Assembly: GCA_025464625.1 (NCBI GenBank)
Contig: JAOAUZ010000001.1
Span: 101,183 to 165,182 of the forward strand
Direction: 5' to 3'
Source of the DNA: Rickettsiales bacterium
GTDB taxonomy: Bacteria > Pseudomonadota > Alphaproteobacteria > Rickettsiales > SXRF01
Length of the DNA stretch: 64,000 nt
Shown here: positions 1 through 8,456 of the stretch, piece by piece
How the letters are laid out: each line of letters opens with the position of its first letter
How positions within the stretch are numbered: position 1 is the stretch's first letter
Position numbers and translations under genes: made by a program
Notes under the pieces: model-generated
Told to the model about the DNA's origin: nothing
Database searches by the model: none
Seen by the model: only the letters and a program-made list of their open reading frames with translations

Positions 1-639
1 GTAAGGGATCACCAGCTCTATTTTGCCACTAGCAGCGAGGGCTTGCAGCTTGCTTTCAGACTCGGGAGCGCAGCGGAATTTTGCGCGACGATGCACCACA
101 TATAATTTTTCAGTTAATTCCGACAGCGAAATTGCCCAGTCCACCGCTGAGTCGCCACCACCTGCAATCACCACTTTTTTGCCACGAAATTCTTCGCGCT
201 TGCCAACTAAATAAAATACACTCTTGCCTTCATATTCTTCCAGATTCTGCATTGGTGGGCGGTTTGGTCCAAATGCACCACAGCCTGCCGCGATAATTAT
301 CGCTTTGCAATTTATGGTGGTGTTTTTGGAAGTGGTGACACTGAAGCTCCCAGCCGAATTTTTTGTGACTTTATCAACGGTTTGCCCGAGATGATAAGTT
401 GGTGCAAATGGTGCTGCCTGCGTTGCTAGTTTTTCTATCAATTCCTGCGCTAAAATGGAAGGATGGGCTGGGATGTCATAAATCGGCTTTTCTGGGTAAA
501 GCGCGCTGCACTGCCCGCCGACTGCCTCCAGAGCATCAACCATATGGCAGCGCATTTTGAGCATTCCCGCCTCAAAAATGGCAAAAAGCCCCACCGGTCC
601 TGCGCCGATTATCACTATATCAGTATCAAAATTATTCAT
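1..639 (-). CDS. Ferredoxin--NADP(+) reductase, thioredoxin-reductase-like type (3' end outside window)
   Basis: Absent from the ORF track because it runs off the window. The reverse complement from the ATG at 637-639 reads [25 protein letters not shown]...[20 protein letters not shown]...IELVIPY. It has a GxGxxG FAD motif and a GGGDSA NADPH motif, with 213 open in-frame codons. Confidence 0.8.
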   Translation of the reverse strand, partial: MNNFDTDIVIIGAGPVGLFAIFEAGMLKMRCHMVDALEAVGGQCSALYPEKPIYDIPAHPSILAQELIEKLATQAAPFAPTYHLGQTVDKVTKNSAGSFSVTTSKNTTINCKAIIIAAGCGAFGPNRPPMQNLEEYEGKSVFYLVGKREEFRGKKVVIAGGGDSAVDWAISLSELTEKLYVVHRRAKFRCAPESESKLQALAASGKIELVIPY

Positions 640-652
640 ATTTATCCTTATG

Positions 653-722
653 TTGTCATTCCGACGAAGGAGGAATCTTGTCATTATCTTGAAAAGATCC
701 CTCGACTACGCTCGGGATGACA
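653..722. repeat. RPE-like palindromic element (family PE-A, TTGTCAT...ATGACA termini)
   Basis: Reads ttgtcattccgacgaagg...gatccctcgactacgctcgggatgaca. The arms are imperfect inverted repeats and match about 12 other loci in the window. Confidence 0.8.
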
Positions 723-805
723 TGGTTATTTTTGTGGTTGTAGCAAGAAACTAACGAAAAAGTAAGGTTTTTCTATTACAATAAGTGAAAAATTAGGAGG
801 AATTT

Positions 806-1933
806 ATGACCAACCAAGCTGTAATCTGCGCTTATGTCCGTTCACCTTTTACTCCCGCAGGTAAAGGCGAGTTGGCGCGGACACGGGCGGATGATATTCT
901 CGCGCAGGTGATAAAAGGCTTGCTGGCGAAGGTTACCTTAAACCCCAATGACATTGAAGATGTGATGGTCGGTTGTGCGTTTCCTGAGGGTGAGCAGGGG
1001 ATGAATATCGGGCGCATGGCAGCACTTATGGCTGGGCTTCCTGTTAGTGTTGGCGGTGCTACAGTGAATCGTTTTTGTGGGTCTTCAATGGAATCTATCC
1101 ACATTGCTGCAGGAAAAATTGCTTGCGGTGCGGGTGAGGTGTTTATCGCTGCTGGTGTGGAATCTATGTCACGCGTGCCGATGGGTGGGTTTAATCCACT
1201 GCCTAGCCCTGCTTTATATAGCGCGCTGCCTGCGGCTTATATGTCTATGGGACTCACTGCCGAGCAGGTGTGCAAAAAACTTTCCATACCGCGCAAAGCG
1301 CAGGAAGAATTCGCGCTGAGAAGCCATCAGAAAGCTGCAAAGGCGGATTTTTCAGAGGAAATAATAGGAATTAAAAACAAAGCAGGAACTGTTACTAAAG
1401 ACGGTTGCATCCGCGCTGAAACCACACTGGAAAAAATGGCGGAATTAAAACCTGCTTTTGATGTTTCTGGAACTGTTACGGCGGCGACTTCTTCACCTGT
1501 TACTGACGGTGCATCGGCTGTGCTAGTGTGCAGTGAGGCTTATGCCAAGAAAAATAATTTGCCGATTCTGGCGCGGGTAAAAAGTTTTGCTACATCAGGC
1601 ATCACGCCAGAAATTATGGGGCTTGGGCCAGTGGAAGCCAGCAAAAAAGCCCTAAACCGTGCTGGGCTTAAAATTTCTGATATTGATATTATCGAACTGA
1701 ACGAAGCCTTCGCCGTGCAGGCACTTGGTGTTATTAGTGAGTTAGGGTTGGATGAAAGCAAAATAAACCTTGATGGCGGTGCGATTGCCCTTGGTCACCC
1801 GCTTGGTGCGTCAGGTGCGCGTATCACAGGTAAAGCAGCACAGCTACTTGCCAAACATGGCAAAAAATATGCTCTAGCAACCCAATGTATAGGTGGTGGG
1901 CAGGGGATTGCTACGGTACTGGAAAGGGTCTAG
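806..1933 (+). CDS. Thiolase (acetyl-CoA C-acyl/acetyltransferase)
   Basis: 375-aa ORF with an AGGAGG RBS upstream. Thiolase signatures are NRFCGSS (active-site Cys), NEAFA, GGAIALGHPLGASGAR and CIGGGQG. Confidence 0.9.
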   Translation: MTNQAVICAYVRSPFTPAGKGELARTRADDILAQVIKGLLAKVTLNPNDIEDVMVGCAFPEGEQGMNIGRMAALMAGLPVSVGGATVNRFCGSSMESIHIAAGKIACGAGEVFIAAGVESMSRVPMGGFNPLPSPALYSALPAAYMSMGLTAEQVCKKLSIPRKAQEEFALRSHQKAAKADFSEEIIGIKNKAGTVTKDGCIRAETTLEKMAELKPAFDVSGTVTAATSSPVTDGASAVLVCSEAYAKKNNLPILARVKSFATSGITPEIMGLGPVEASKKALNRAGLKISDIDIIELNEAFAVQALGVISELGLDESKINLDGGAIALGHPLGASGARITGKAAQLLAKHGKKYALATQCIGGGQGIATVLERV

Positions 1934-2619
1934 CTGTACTTTCCAGTTTTGGCTCTAAAAGAACGGAGCCTCTTTTCGAGTAATTTTTCTACATCTTTCA
2001 TATCTGCATTCAGGCGTTTGATCTCAAAATAAATTGGTTCTTGGGAGGTATGAAATTTATCAATAATACCAATAAAGAATTTTTCCATTTTATTATTAGC
2101 TTGAGGTTTAAAGTCAGGTTTTACATAAATTTTTAATAATTCAGAATTCGTAAATTGCTCTTTTCCTACCTCGAGCCTATCAATGTCACTCCATTCCAGA
2201 AACAAAGGTTTTATACTTTCATCCTTGGGTTTAAAAAGTATTGGGGTGTAGGTGACCCCATTTTTATCAATAACCAGCCCGCTTCTAGTTGTTAAGAGTT
2301 GTTTGGTAAACAAAACCCAGCCGATAAGCATTAGTAATAGCATGGGGAATAACGCGACTTGCGATTTTGTTATTACATAGTCAGTCAATGATGAATTTAT
2401 TTGAGATAATAGGGTGGTAAAACTTCCATTAGTCCTTTTATCCAGATCTTCAAATATTTGAGTGGCGAAGAGATAGTCTGAGTTACTGAAAAAAAGATAT
2501 GATATAACAAATGAAATAAAGGAAACCACCATCAGGACTAGAATATCTGTAGTTCTGATTGCAGGTATATATATTTTATCCGAACTATAAAAATCAGATT
2601 CACTAATTATTTTTTTCAT
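1930..2619 (-). CDS. Hypothetical two-TM membrane protein with a PH-like C-terminal region
   Basis: 229-aa ORF that is visibly AT-richer than its flanks. It has two hydrophobic segments, then GLVIDKNGVTY...WSDIDRLEV. It lies inside a 747-bp insert bounded by duplicated thiolase 3' ends. Confidence 0.5.
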   Translation of the reverse strand: MKKIISESDFYSSDKIYIPAIRTTDILVLMVVSFISFVISYLFFSNSDYLFATQIFEDLDKRTNGSFTTLLSQINSSLTDYVITKSQVALFPMLLLMLIGWVLFTKQLLTTRSGLVIDKNGVTYTPILFKPKDESIKPLFLEWSDIDRLEVGKEQFTNSELLKIYVKPDFKPQANNKMEKFFIGIIDKFHTSQEPIYFEIKRLNADMKDVEKLLEKRLRSFRAKTGKYS

Positions 2620-2680
2620 AACCTAAACGGTAACAAAAAATAATAGTTTTTACAAGCTGGTATAAGGATTCAAAGGGTCA

Positions 2681-2725
2681 GGATTTGGCGGGCAGGGGAT
2701 TGCTACTGTGCTTGAAAGGGATTAA
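2681..2725 (+). pseudogene. Orphan remnant of a thiolase 3' terminus
   Basis: Translates to GFGGQGIATVLERD*, compared with GGGQGIATVLERV* at 1892-1933. An in-frame stop lies upstream at 2663-2665, so only about 14 codons survive. Confidence 0.75.
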
Positions 2726-2743
2726 TCGGGGAAGAGGTTTTTT

Positions 2744-2824
2744 CTTCTCCCTCTCCCTCTGGGAGAGGGCGGGGTGAGGGTTTTAAGCAGCCCTCATCCT
2801 AACCTTCTCCCAGAGGGAGAAGGA
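2744..2824. repeat. Palindromic element, family PE-B (GGGAGAGGG / CCCTCTCCC type), full copy
   Basis: ttctccctctccctctgggagagggcggggtgaggg + loop + ccctcatcctaaccttctcccagagggagaagg. It sits between a convergent gene pair. A half copy lies at 32540-32574. Confidence 0.8.
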
Positions 2825-2846
2825 ACACGCCCTTATCCATAAACCC

Positions 2847-4247
2847 CTAACTCGGTGCTATCATAGTTTCTGGTTTTACCCATGAATCAAATTGTTCGCT
2901 GGTGAGTAGCCCCAGTGCGATTCCAGCTTCTTTTAATGACGTGCCTTCCTTATGTGCTTTTTTGGCAATTTTTGCTGCATTATCATAACCAATATGTGGA
3001 TTGAGCGAGGTAACCAGCATCAGCGATTCATTCATCAGCTTGTTGATGCGCTCGCGGTTGGCTTCTATTCCCACCACGCAATTATCAGTGAAACTAACCG
3101 CGCCATCAGCAATCAGGCGGATAGATTGCAGCACATTATAAATTATCACAGGTTTGAATACATTAAGCTCAAAATGCCCGTTTGAACCACCAATGGAAAC
3201 AGCAACATGGTTGCCCATCACCTGCGCGCAGACCATAGTCAATGCCTCGCTCTGGGTTGGGTTTACTTTCCCCGGCATGATTGATGACCCCGGTTCATTT
3301 TCGGGCAATGACAACTCACCAAAACCACAACGTGGCCCACTTCCGAGCAGGCGAATATCGTTGGCTATTTTCATCAATGAAACGGCGAGGGTATTTAACA
3401 CTCCTGATGCTTCCACTAGCGCGTCATGCGTTGCCAGTGCCTCGAATTTATTAGGTGCGGTGACAAATGGTAATTTGGTGATGCTTGCAACTTCTTTGGC
3501 AAAGGCTTCAGCAAAACCTTTTTTGGCGTTTAGACCTGTGCCAACTGCTGTTCCGCCTTGTGCCAGTTCATAGAGCGCGGGGAGGGTTGATTTTGCACGG
3601 CGGATTCCGTTTTCAATCTGCTTGGCATAACCAGAAAATTCCTGCCCTAAAGTTAGCGGTGTTGCATCTTGTAAATGAGTGCGCCCAATTTTTATGATGC
3701 TTGCAAATTCTTTGGCTTTTTTATCCAGCGCAGAGTGCAGATGCGTCAGCGCGGGAATGAGAGAATTATTTATTTCATAAGCTGCTGCAATGTGCATAGC
3801 AGTTGGGAAAGAGTCATTGGATGATTGCCCCATATTCACATGATCATTCGGATGAATTGGTTTTTTGCTGCCCATAACTCCGCCCGCAAGCTCAATTGCA
3901 CGGTTGGAGATGACTTCATTCACATTCATGTTGGTTTGTGTGCCACTGCCTGTTTGCCACACTACGAGAGGAAAATGTCCAGCAAGTTTTCCGTCGATTA
4001 CTTCACCCGCGGCTGCGATAATTTTTTCACCGATTGATTTATCTAGCACGCCGAGCTGCATGTTCACCACTGCTGCCGAACGCTTCAAAATTCCGAATGC
4101 TGTGATGAGTGGTTGTGGCATTGTCTCGCCACCAATTTTGAAATTCTGCAAACTACGCTGGGTTTGCGCGCCCCAATATTTATCAGAAGCTACGTCAATA
4201 TTGCCAAAAGAATCTGATTCAACGCGGTTTTCTGTGCGGTTGCTCAT
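2847..4247 (-). CDS. fumC: Fumarate hydratase, class II
   Basis: 466 aa with the [16 protein letters not shown] signature and an N-terminal ESDSFG...[10 protein letters not shown]. Confidence 0.95.
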   Translation of the reverse strand: MSNRTENRVESDSFGNIDVASDKYWGAQTQRSLQNFKIGGETMPQPLITAFGILKRSAAVVNMQLGVLDKSIGEKIIAAAGEVIDGKLAGHFPLVVWQTGSGTQTNMNVNEVISNRAIELAGGVMGSKKPIHPNDHVNMGQSSNDSFPTAMHIAAAYEINNSLIPALTHLHSALDKKAKEFASIIKIGRTHLQDATPLTLGQEFSGYAKQIENGIRRAKSTLPALYELAQGGTAVGTGLNAKKGFAEAFAKEVASITKLPFVTAPNKFEALATHDALVEASGVLNTLAVSLMKIANDIRLLGSGPRCGFGELSLPENEPGSSIMPGKVNPTQSEALTMVCAQVMGNHVAVSIGGSNGHFELNVFKPVIIYNVLQSIRLIADGAVSFTDNCVVGIEANRERINKLMNESLMLVTSLNPHIGYDNAAKIAKKAHKEGTSLKEAGIALGLLTSEQFDSWVKPETMIAPS

Positions 4248-4283
4248 AAAATTTCCTTTCTATTACATAAATCATGTATCTGC

Positions 4284-4457
4284 AGAGATACTTCGCTGCG
4301 CTCAGTATGACAAGTAAAATTCTATGGAGTTTTGGTGTTAGTACAAGTCATTTCGAGACATAGCCGAAGAATCTCTGTGTAGTAGATGAGATACTTCGCT
4401 ACGCTCAGTATGACAAGTAAAAATTAGATGAGATACTTCGCTGCGCTCAGTATGACA
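4284..4457. repeat. Cluster of PE-A units (one full element flanked by two half elements)
   Basis: gagatacttcgctgcgctcagtatgaca occurs three times (about 4285, 4390 and 4430). A partner arm gtcatttcgagacatagccgaagaatct lies at about 4347. Confidence 0.75.
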
Positions 4458-4466
4458 GATTATGTA

Positions 4467-5129
4467 TTATAACCCTGAAAGCAACCTATCGATTTCTGCC
4501 TGTGATGAAGCCTGAGCAGCAAGCTGAGGACCATGCAGAAGATCTTTATCATCTTTTGGAAGGACAATATTTTTAGGATCAGCTGGTGCATTATTTGCTT
4601 CAGCGATTTCTGGCTCTGTGCCGAACAGATCATTAAGTTTTTCCACGCGATCCTCGATATTTTCGAGCAAGGTTATAACTTTTCTGATGCGCTGTCCTGT
4701 AATATCCTGAAACGCGCAGGCATCATAAATAATTGTGGTCGCATCAACGATTTTTTGTTCTTTTTCACCGCCAACTCCGCTGGCTGCAGCTTGCACAGCA
4801 TCTGCCGCATCCATGATTTTATTGGTGGCACTTTCGGTGGCTTTTACTACTTCTTCTAGGTGCATAGACGCGTCATTAATTGCATCTTCCGCTTTAGAAT
4901 TTGTTTGAATAGCAAAAATTTCAGTTTTTGCATCGCAAATGTATTTTGCCAATTTGGCAATTTCCTGATGCACGAAATTATCGGCAACGCTATTTTTAGG
5001 ATTAAGTGATGCAGCCATATTCATAAAAATATCGCCCACATCTTCCAGAGTAATATCACCCTTATTCTCACGCGTTTTTATCATGCTGGTAAGCAATGTC
5101 CGTCCCAGTGTTAATTGCATGTCACCCAT
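4467..5129 (-). CDS. cheZ: CheZ-like CheY-P phosphatase
   Basis: 220 aa. The motif AFQDITGQRIRKV matches the CheZ catalytic region (E. coli DFQDLTGQVIKR). The C-terminal SSQAEIDRLLSGL resembles the CheY-binding peptide. It lies directly downstream of cheY. Confidence 0.75.
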   Translation of the reverse strand: MGDMQLTLGRTLLTSMIKTRENKGDITLEDVGDIFMNMAASLNPKNSVADNFVHQEIAKLAKYICDAKTEIFAIQTNSKAEDAINDASMHLEEVVKATESATNKIMDAADAVQAAASGVGGEKEQKIVDATTIIYDACAFQDITGQRIRKVITLLENIEDRVEKLNDLFGTEPEIAEANNAPADPKNIVLPKDDKDLLHGPQLAAQASSQAEIDRLLSGL

Positions 5130-5152
5130 GTTTAATACTCCTACTTGTTTCT

Positions 5153-5539
5153 CTAGAATTCACCAATTACGCTAGTCATTTTTGTTTTTAGTGTTTCCGC
5201 ATTAAATGGTTTTACAATATAATTGCTAACGCCAGCTTGTTTCGCAGCGATTACGTTTTCTGGTTTGCTTTCCGCTGTCACCATGATGAACGGAGTGTTT
5301 TTCAAATTCGCATCGGCGCGAACCAGTTTCAAAAGCTCCATGCCTGTCATTGGTTCCATGTTCCAATCGGAAATAACTAAACCAGCGGGTTTTTCCTGCA
5401 GCTTTTTGAAAGCGTCACCACCATCGGCAGCTTCTTCCACATTATCAAAACCCAACTGTTTGAGCAGGTTTTTGATGATACGGCGCATTGTACTGTAATC
5501 ATCCACTACAAGGATGTGCATTGTTTTATCTACTGGCAT
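5153..5539 (-). CDS. cheY: Chemotaxis response regulator CheY
   Basis: 128-aa single REC domain with [17 protein letters not shown] and NYIVKPF. Confidence 0.9.
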   Translation of the reverse strand: MPVDKTMHILVVDDYSTMRRIIKNLLKQLGFDNVEEAADGGDAFKKLQEKPAGLVISDWNMEPMTGMELLKLVRADANLKNTPFIMVTAESKPENVIAAKQAGVSNYIVKPFNAETLKTKMTSVIGEF

Positions 5540-5742
5540 AATTTGAACCTGTTATAATTAAGTGAAACTGTAACTGAACTTACGCATACTCTAGCGAAGA
5601 TGTTTTAAAGGAAGGTTAAGATAAAAAATAATTTTTTGCTGATTTCCCTTACGCTAAAAACCCCATAAATTCTGGGCTTTATGGCGTTATTTATATAAAA
5701 TTAACTAATTATGTGTTAATATGAGAGATGAGGGGCAATAAT

Positions 5743-6459
5743 ATGTACAATTTTACTACATATTTTTCATCGAAACCTAAATTTATGAGGGGCGGGGTTA
5801 TTTTTGCCAAATTCAGCAAATTAAATTTTACTAGGCCTGACCTCAGTATTAGTAATATATTCAGGAAAATTGTTCACGGTCTCACGCGTTTTGTTTATCG
5901 CCCCCATTATATTGGTTTAGAAAATATTCCCAAAACTGGTGCTGCTATGCTTATCAGCAACCATGTGTCATATATGGATGGGCCTATTATTGATGCTGGG
6001 ATTTACGCTCAGTGTGGTCGCCATGTGCGCTATGTTATAGATGAAGATATTTATAATGTTGCAGGTGTACATTATCTGATGAGCATGGCGCGGGCGATTC
6101 CTATTGCCTCTAACCGTAAAAGTGTGGAAGCAGCTTTTGATTTGATTTCTGAAGGGCTGCGCGCGGGGGATTTGATTTGTATTTTTCCAGAAGGATATTT
6201 GACATTCACAGGTGGGCTAGGGCGTTTTCGTCATGGTATTGAGGGGATTATCCGCCGTGACCCAGTGCCAGTTATTCCAATGTCGCTTTCGGGTTTGTGG
6301 GGGAGTATATTCTCACGCAAATTTCTTGGTTCATGGAAAAGGTTCATCCCGCGTGACCCGCGTCAGCCAGTGGTGGTTAAATGCGGTGCTGCCATCCCAC
6401 CAGAAAAAGTGGATGTGAATCACCTTCAGGAAATAGTTTTGCGATTGAAGTATTCATAA
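5743..6459 (+). CDS. PlsC-family 1-acyl-sn-glycerol-3-phosphate/lysophospholipid acyltransferase
   Basis: NHVSYMDG (HX4D) and FPEG motifs. The ORF track starts at 5728, but the ATG at 5743 has a GAGGGG RBS 7 nt upstream. The start is uncertain. Confidence 0.75.
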   Translation: MYNFTTYFSSKPKFMRGGVIFAKFSKLNFTRPDLSISNIFRKIVHGLTRFVYRPHYIGLENIPKTGAAMLISNHVSYMDGPIIDAGIYAQCGRHVRYVIDEDIYNVAGVHYLMSMARAIPIASNRKSVEAAFDLISEGLRAGDLICIFPEGYLTFTGGLGRFRHGIEGIIRRDPVPVIPMSLSGLWGSIFSRKFLGSWKRFIPRDPRQPVVVKCGAAIPPEKVDVNHLQEIVLRLKYS

Positions 6460-6577
6460 ATTAATTTTTGCTTCAAATCTCCTTGCAATGAACCTTCCTC
6501 AAAACAAGTCAGTTATGCAGTATAACCTCATGTTTTTCGGTTTTCATTGCGGCGCGCTTTTTTGCCAAAATTAATTT
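6460..6577. repeat. Long imperfect-palindromic element (family PE-C) abutting the plsC-family stop codon
   Basis: The ~100-bp core is about 94% identical by eye to 36451-36555. The outer arms aattaatttttg / caaaattaatt pair. Confidence 0.75.
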
Positions 6578-6597
6578 AATTAGGTATTATTGTTTTT

Positions 6598-6669
6598 TGT
6601 CATTCTGAGGCGTAGCCGAAGAATCTCCTTGTAGCATAGATGAGATACTTCGCTGCGCTCAGTATGACA
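6598..6669. repeat. PE-A palindromic element
   Basis: tgtcattctgaggcgtagccgaagaatct...gagatacttcgctgcgctcagtatgaca. Confidence 0.8.
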
Positions 6670-6674
6670 CCCTC

Positions 6675-6778
6675 TTGTCATTTCGAACGAATGTGAGGAA
6701 TCTTTTCAAGAATAATGTAAAGATGCCTCGACATCCTCCTTCGCCAAGGCTTCGGAGGACAGGAGCTCGGGACGACAA
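6675..6778. repeat. PE-A palindromic element carrying a nested extra hairpin
   Basis: ttgtcatttcgaacgaatgtgaggaatc...cctcgacatcctccttcgccaaggcttcggaggacaggagctcgggacgacaa. The same nested cctccttcgccaaggct(t/a)cggagg occurs at 30049-30166. Confidence 0.75.
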
Positions 6779-6807
6779 GTGCGCTCTGGTGACACACCAG
6801 AACAGTT

Positions 6808-8301
6808 TTACTTGCCCAATCCAGCTTGTTCTTTAGGCGGCACAACAGATAATGGAGGCGGAGATGCAAGCGCATCATCAGCTGTGACCTCATTCTTACC
6901 TTTGCTATCACCTTTAGTTCCTTTGTTAAGGGCTTTTTGTAATTCTTCTTGTGTAGTCGTTGCAGGTGCTGGTGTTGCAGCTTTTTCAGCAGCAGAATCG
7001 GTATCAATCCTAACTCTCTTGCCAAATTCTTCAATTTGTTTATTATAACCAGCAAGAACAATAGGAGCTTGTCTAGCAGCTGCATTAATATTGGTGTATG
7101 TTTGATTCACTATAGGTTCAAGTTCTTTTCTTTCCTGTAACTGAACTGTGTATTGCTTTATTTTTTCCATAGATTCTATGGCTTGGTTGTAATAGGCTCC
7201 TCTATCCTTTTCGCTGTTATCGAGTTTAAGGCTTAATTTCTCAAGATATTCCTTAGCTCCAGCGGCTACGACTGTCGCTTCTTGGAACCTTTTTTGTTCT
7301 ACCAGTTCAGCAATTGCAATTTTAGCATTATTGTTCCACTCTTTATCAAGATTAAATATTTTCTGGACTTTTTCTTTAACCGCTCTGCTAGTATCAAAAT
7401 GATCAGCCCAAGTTTGATTGTCAATGAAGGGAACAACTTGTTCTACCTTGGTAACGCTACCTTCGCTCCCAAGCCTGCCAACGATACTATTTTTGTTAGC
7501 AATGTTTCCCTTTATCAAATCTTTTGTTTGTTCTAAAGCCTCTGGCTTATTTAAAGGGTCACTAGGCAAGCCAACAGATTGCACAAGGGACTGTATCTTT
7601 TGCAAAGGTGAAAAACCGCTCCACGAGCTAGGATTCCTAGTAGCACCAGCCTGTTCTAAACTAGCAGGAAGTTCTGGTATCACTAAATCTATTTTTTTTG
7701 GTGCTGGTGCGCCGAGTCTGACTTGTTCGTCTGCTGCTGCGCCACTTACATCTTTGTTCCAATTTTCAATTTGCAACCCAGCTTGTATAACATCTTTACT
7801 TTTTTCATTGAGTATTTTTTTGCCAGCCCTGCTATTTTCGTCAGAAACACGAGCTCCTTCAAGTTTTGCACGAGCCCCTTTAATGTCATCAAATTCTTTA
7901 TATTCATTAGGGGTTGCAACTACTTTTGAACCAGTAAGTTCTGGATTAGGGGTGAGAACCTCAACTCCACCTACGTTTTTTGTTTTTGTAGATGCGGGAG
8001 GAGGTGGAGAATCAGTAGACCCAAAGCCAAAGGTTTCTTTAACTGTATTCCAGCCTTTATCAAGCAGGTTCACAGTGCCAGTGCCGAGACCACCAAGGTT
8101 TTTATCGGCAAATTCTTTCGCGGTGTCGCTGAATTTGAAAACAGCACCAAGAGTTACCACAGCAGCAGTGGCAATTAGCGCAAACTTGAGCGCGCCCATC
8201 AAGAAACTTCCTACTTTGCTGAGGAACGATTTTTCGCGCGGTTGTTCGCGTTGTTGCTCGTATTCCTGTTCATCATTCCCAAATAAGCCAAATAAAGCCA
8301 T
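6808..8301 (-). CDS. Hypothetical N-terminally anchored protein, paralog B
   Basis: The start is set at the ATG giving MALFGLFGNDEQEYEQQREQPREKSFLSKVGSFL + TM, by analogy with paralog A. The track start at 8313 is a TTG. The C-terminal ~400 aa is coiled-coil and K/E-rich with no recognisable family. Confidence 0.6.
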   Translation of the reverse strand: MALFGLFGNDEQEYEQQREQPREKSFLSKVGSFLMGALKFALIATAAVVTLGAVFKFSDTAKEFADKNLGGLGTGTVNLLDKGWNTVKETFGFGSTDSPPPPASTKTKNVGGVEVLTPNPELTGSKVVATPNEYKEFDDIKGARAKLEGARVSDENSRAGKKILNEKSKDVIQAGLQIENWNKDVSGAAADEQVRLGAPAPKKIDLVIPELPASLEQAGATRNPSSWSGFSPLQKIQSLVQSVGLPSDPLNKPEALEQTKDLIKGNIANKNSIVGRLGSEGSVTKVEQVVPFIDNQTWADHFDTSRAVKEKVQKIFNLDKEWNNNAKIAIAELVEQKRFQEATVVAAGAKEYLEKLSLKLDNSEKDRGAYYNQAIESMEKIKQYTVQLQERKELEPIVNQTYTNINAAARQAPIVLAGYNKQIEEFGKRVRIDTDSAAEKAATPAPATTTQEELQKALNKGTKGDSKGKNEVTADDALASPPPLSVVPPKEQAGLGK

Positions 8302-8360
8302 GGTATTCTCCAAAAGTTTTTAGTCTAATCGTTATTTAACACACTATTACATATTACACA

Positions 8361-8415
8361 TAATGCCACAAATCGGTAATTTTTGTGTGAAGATTTTGTG
8401 ACTTCATATGTGACA
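8361..8415 (-). promoter_or_regulatory. Conserved upstream block of paralog B (putative promoter/operator or 5' UTR)
   Basis: taatgccacaaatcggtaatttttgtgtgaagattttgtgacttcatatgtgaca is nearly identical to 10158-10213. It contains three TGTGA repeats spaced 11-12 bp apart. Confidence 0.5.
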
Positions 8416-8456
8416 GTTTTGCGCTTTTAGCAAGTTATTGAATAATAATGATTATA

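Noticed and set aside
4284-4457. Array-like triple repeat that could be mistaken for a small CRISPR array
   Set aside because: The units are PE-A arm fragments identical to copies elsewhere in the window. Spacing is irregular, the 'spacers' are other repeat arms, and there are no cas genes.
5540-5727. Sigma-28-like TAAA...GCGTAAGT upstream of cheY
   Set aside because: The spacer is about 18 nt instead of 15 and the -10 match is weak.
7418-8323. 301-aa plus-strand ORF
   Set aside because: It lies entirely antisense to paralog B (6808-8301). Its translation is low-complexity (S/L/F/P-rich) with no motifs, so it is a shadow ORF.
8361-8372. TGGCAT in the paralog upstream blocks as a -24 element
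   Set aside because: No TTGC-like -12 element lies at the required distance in either copy.
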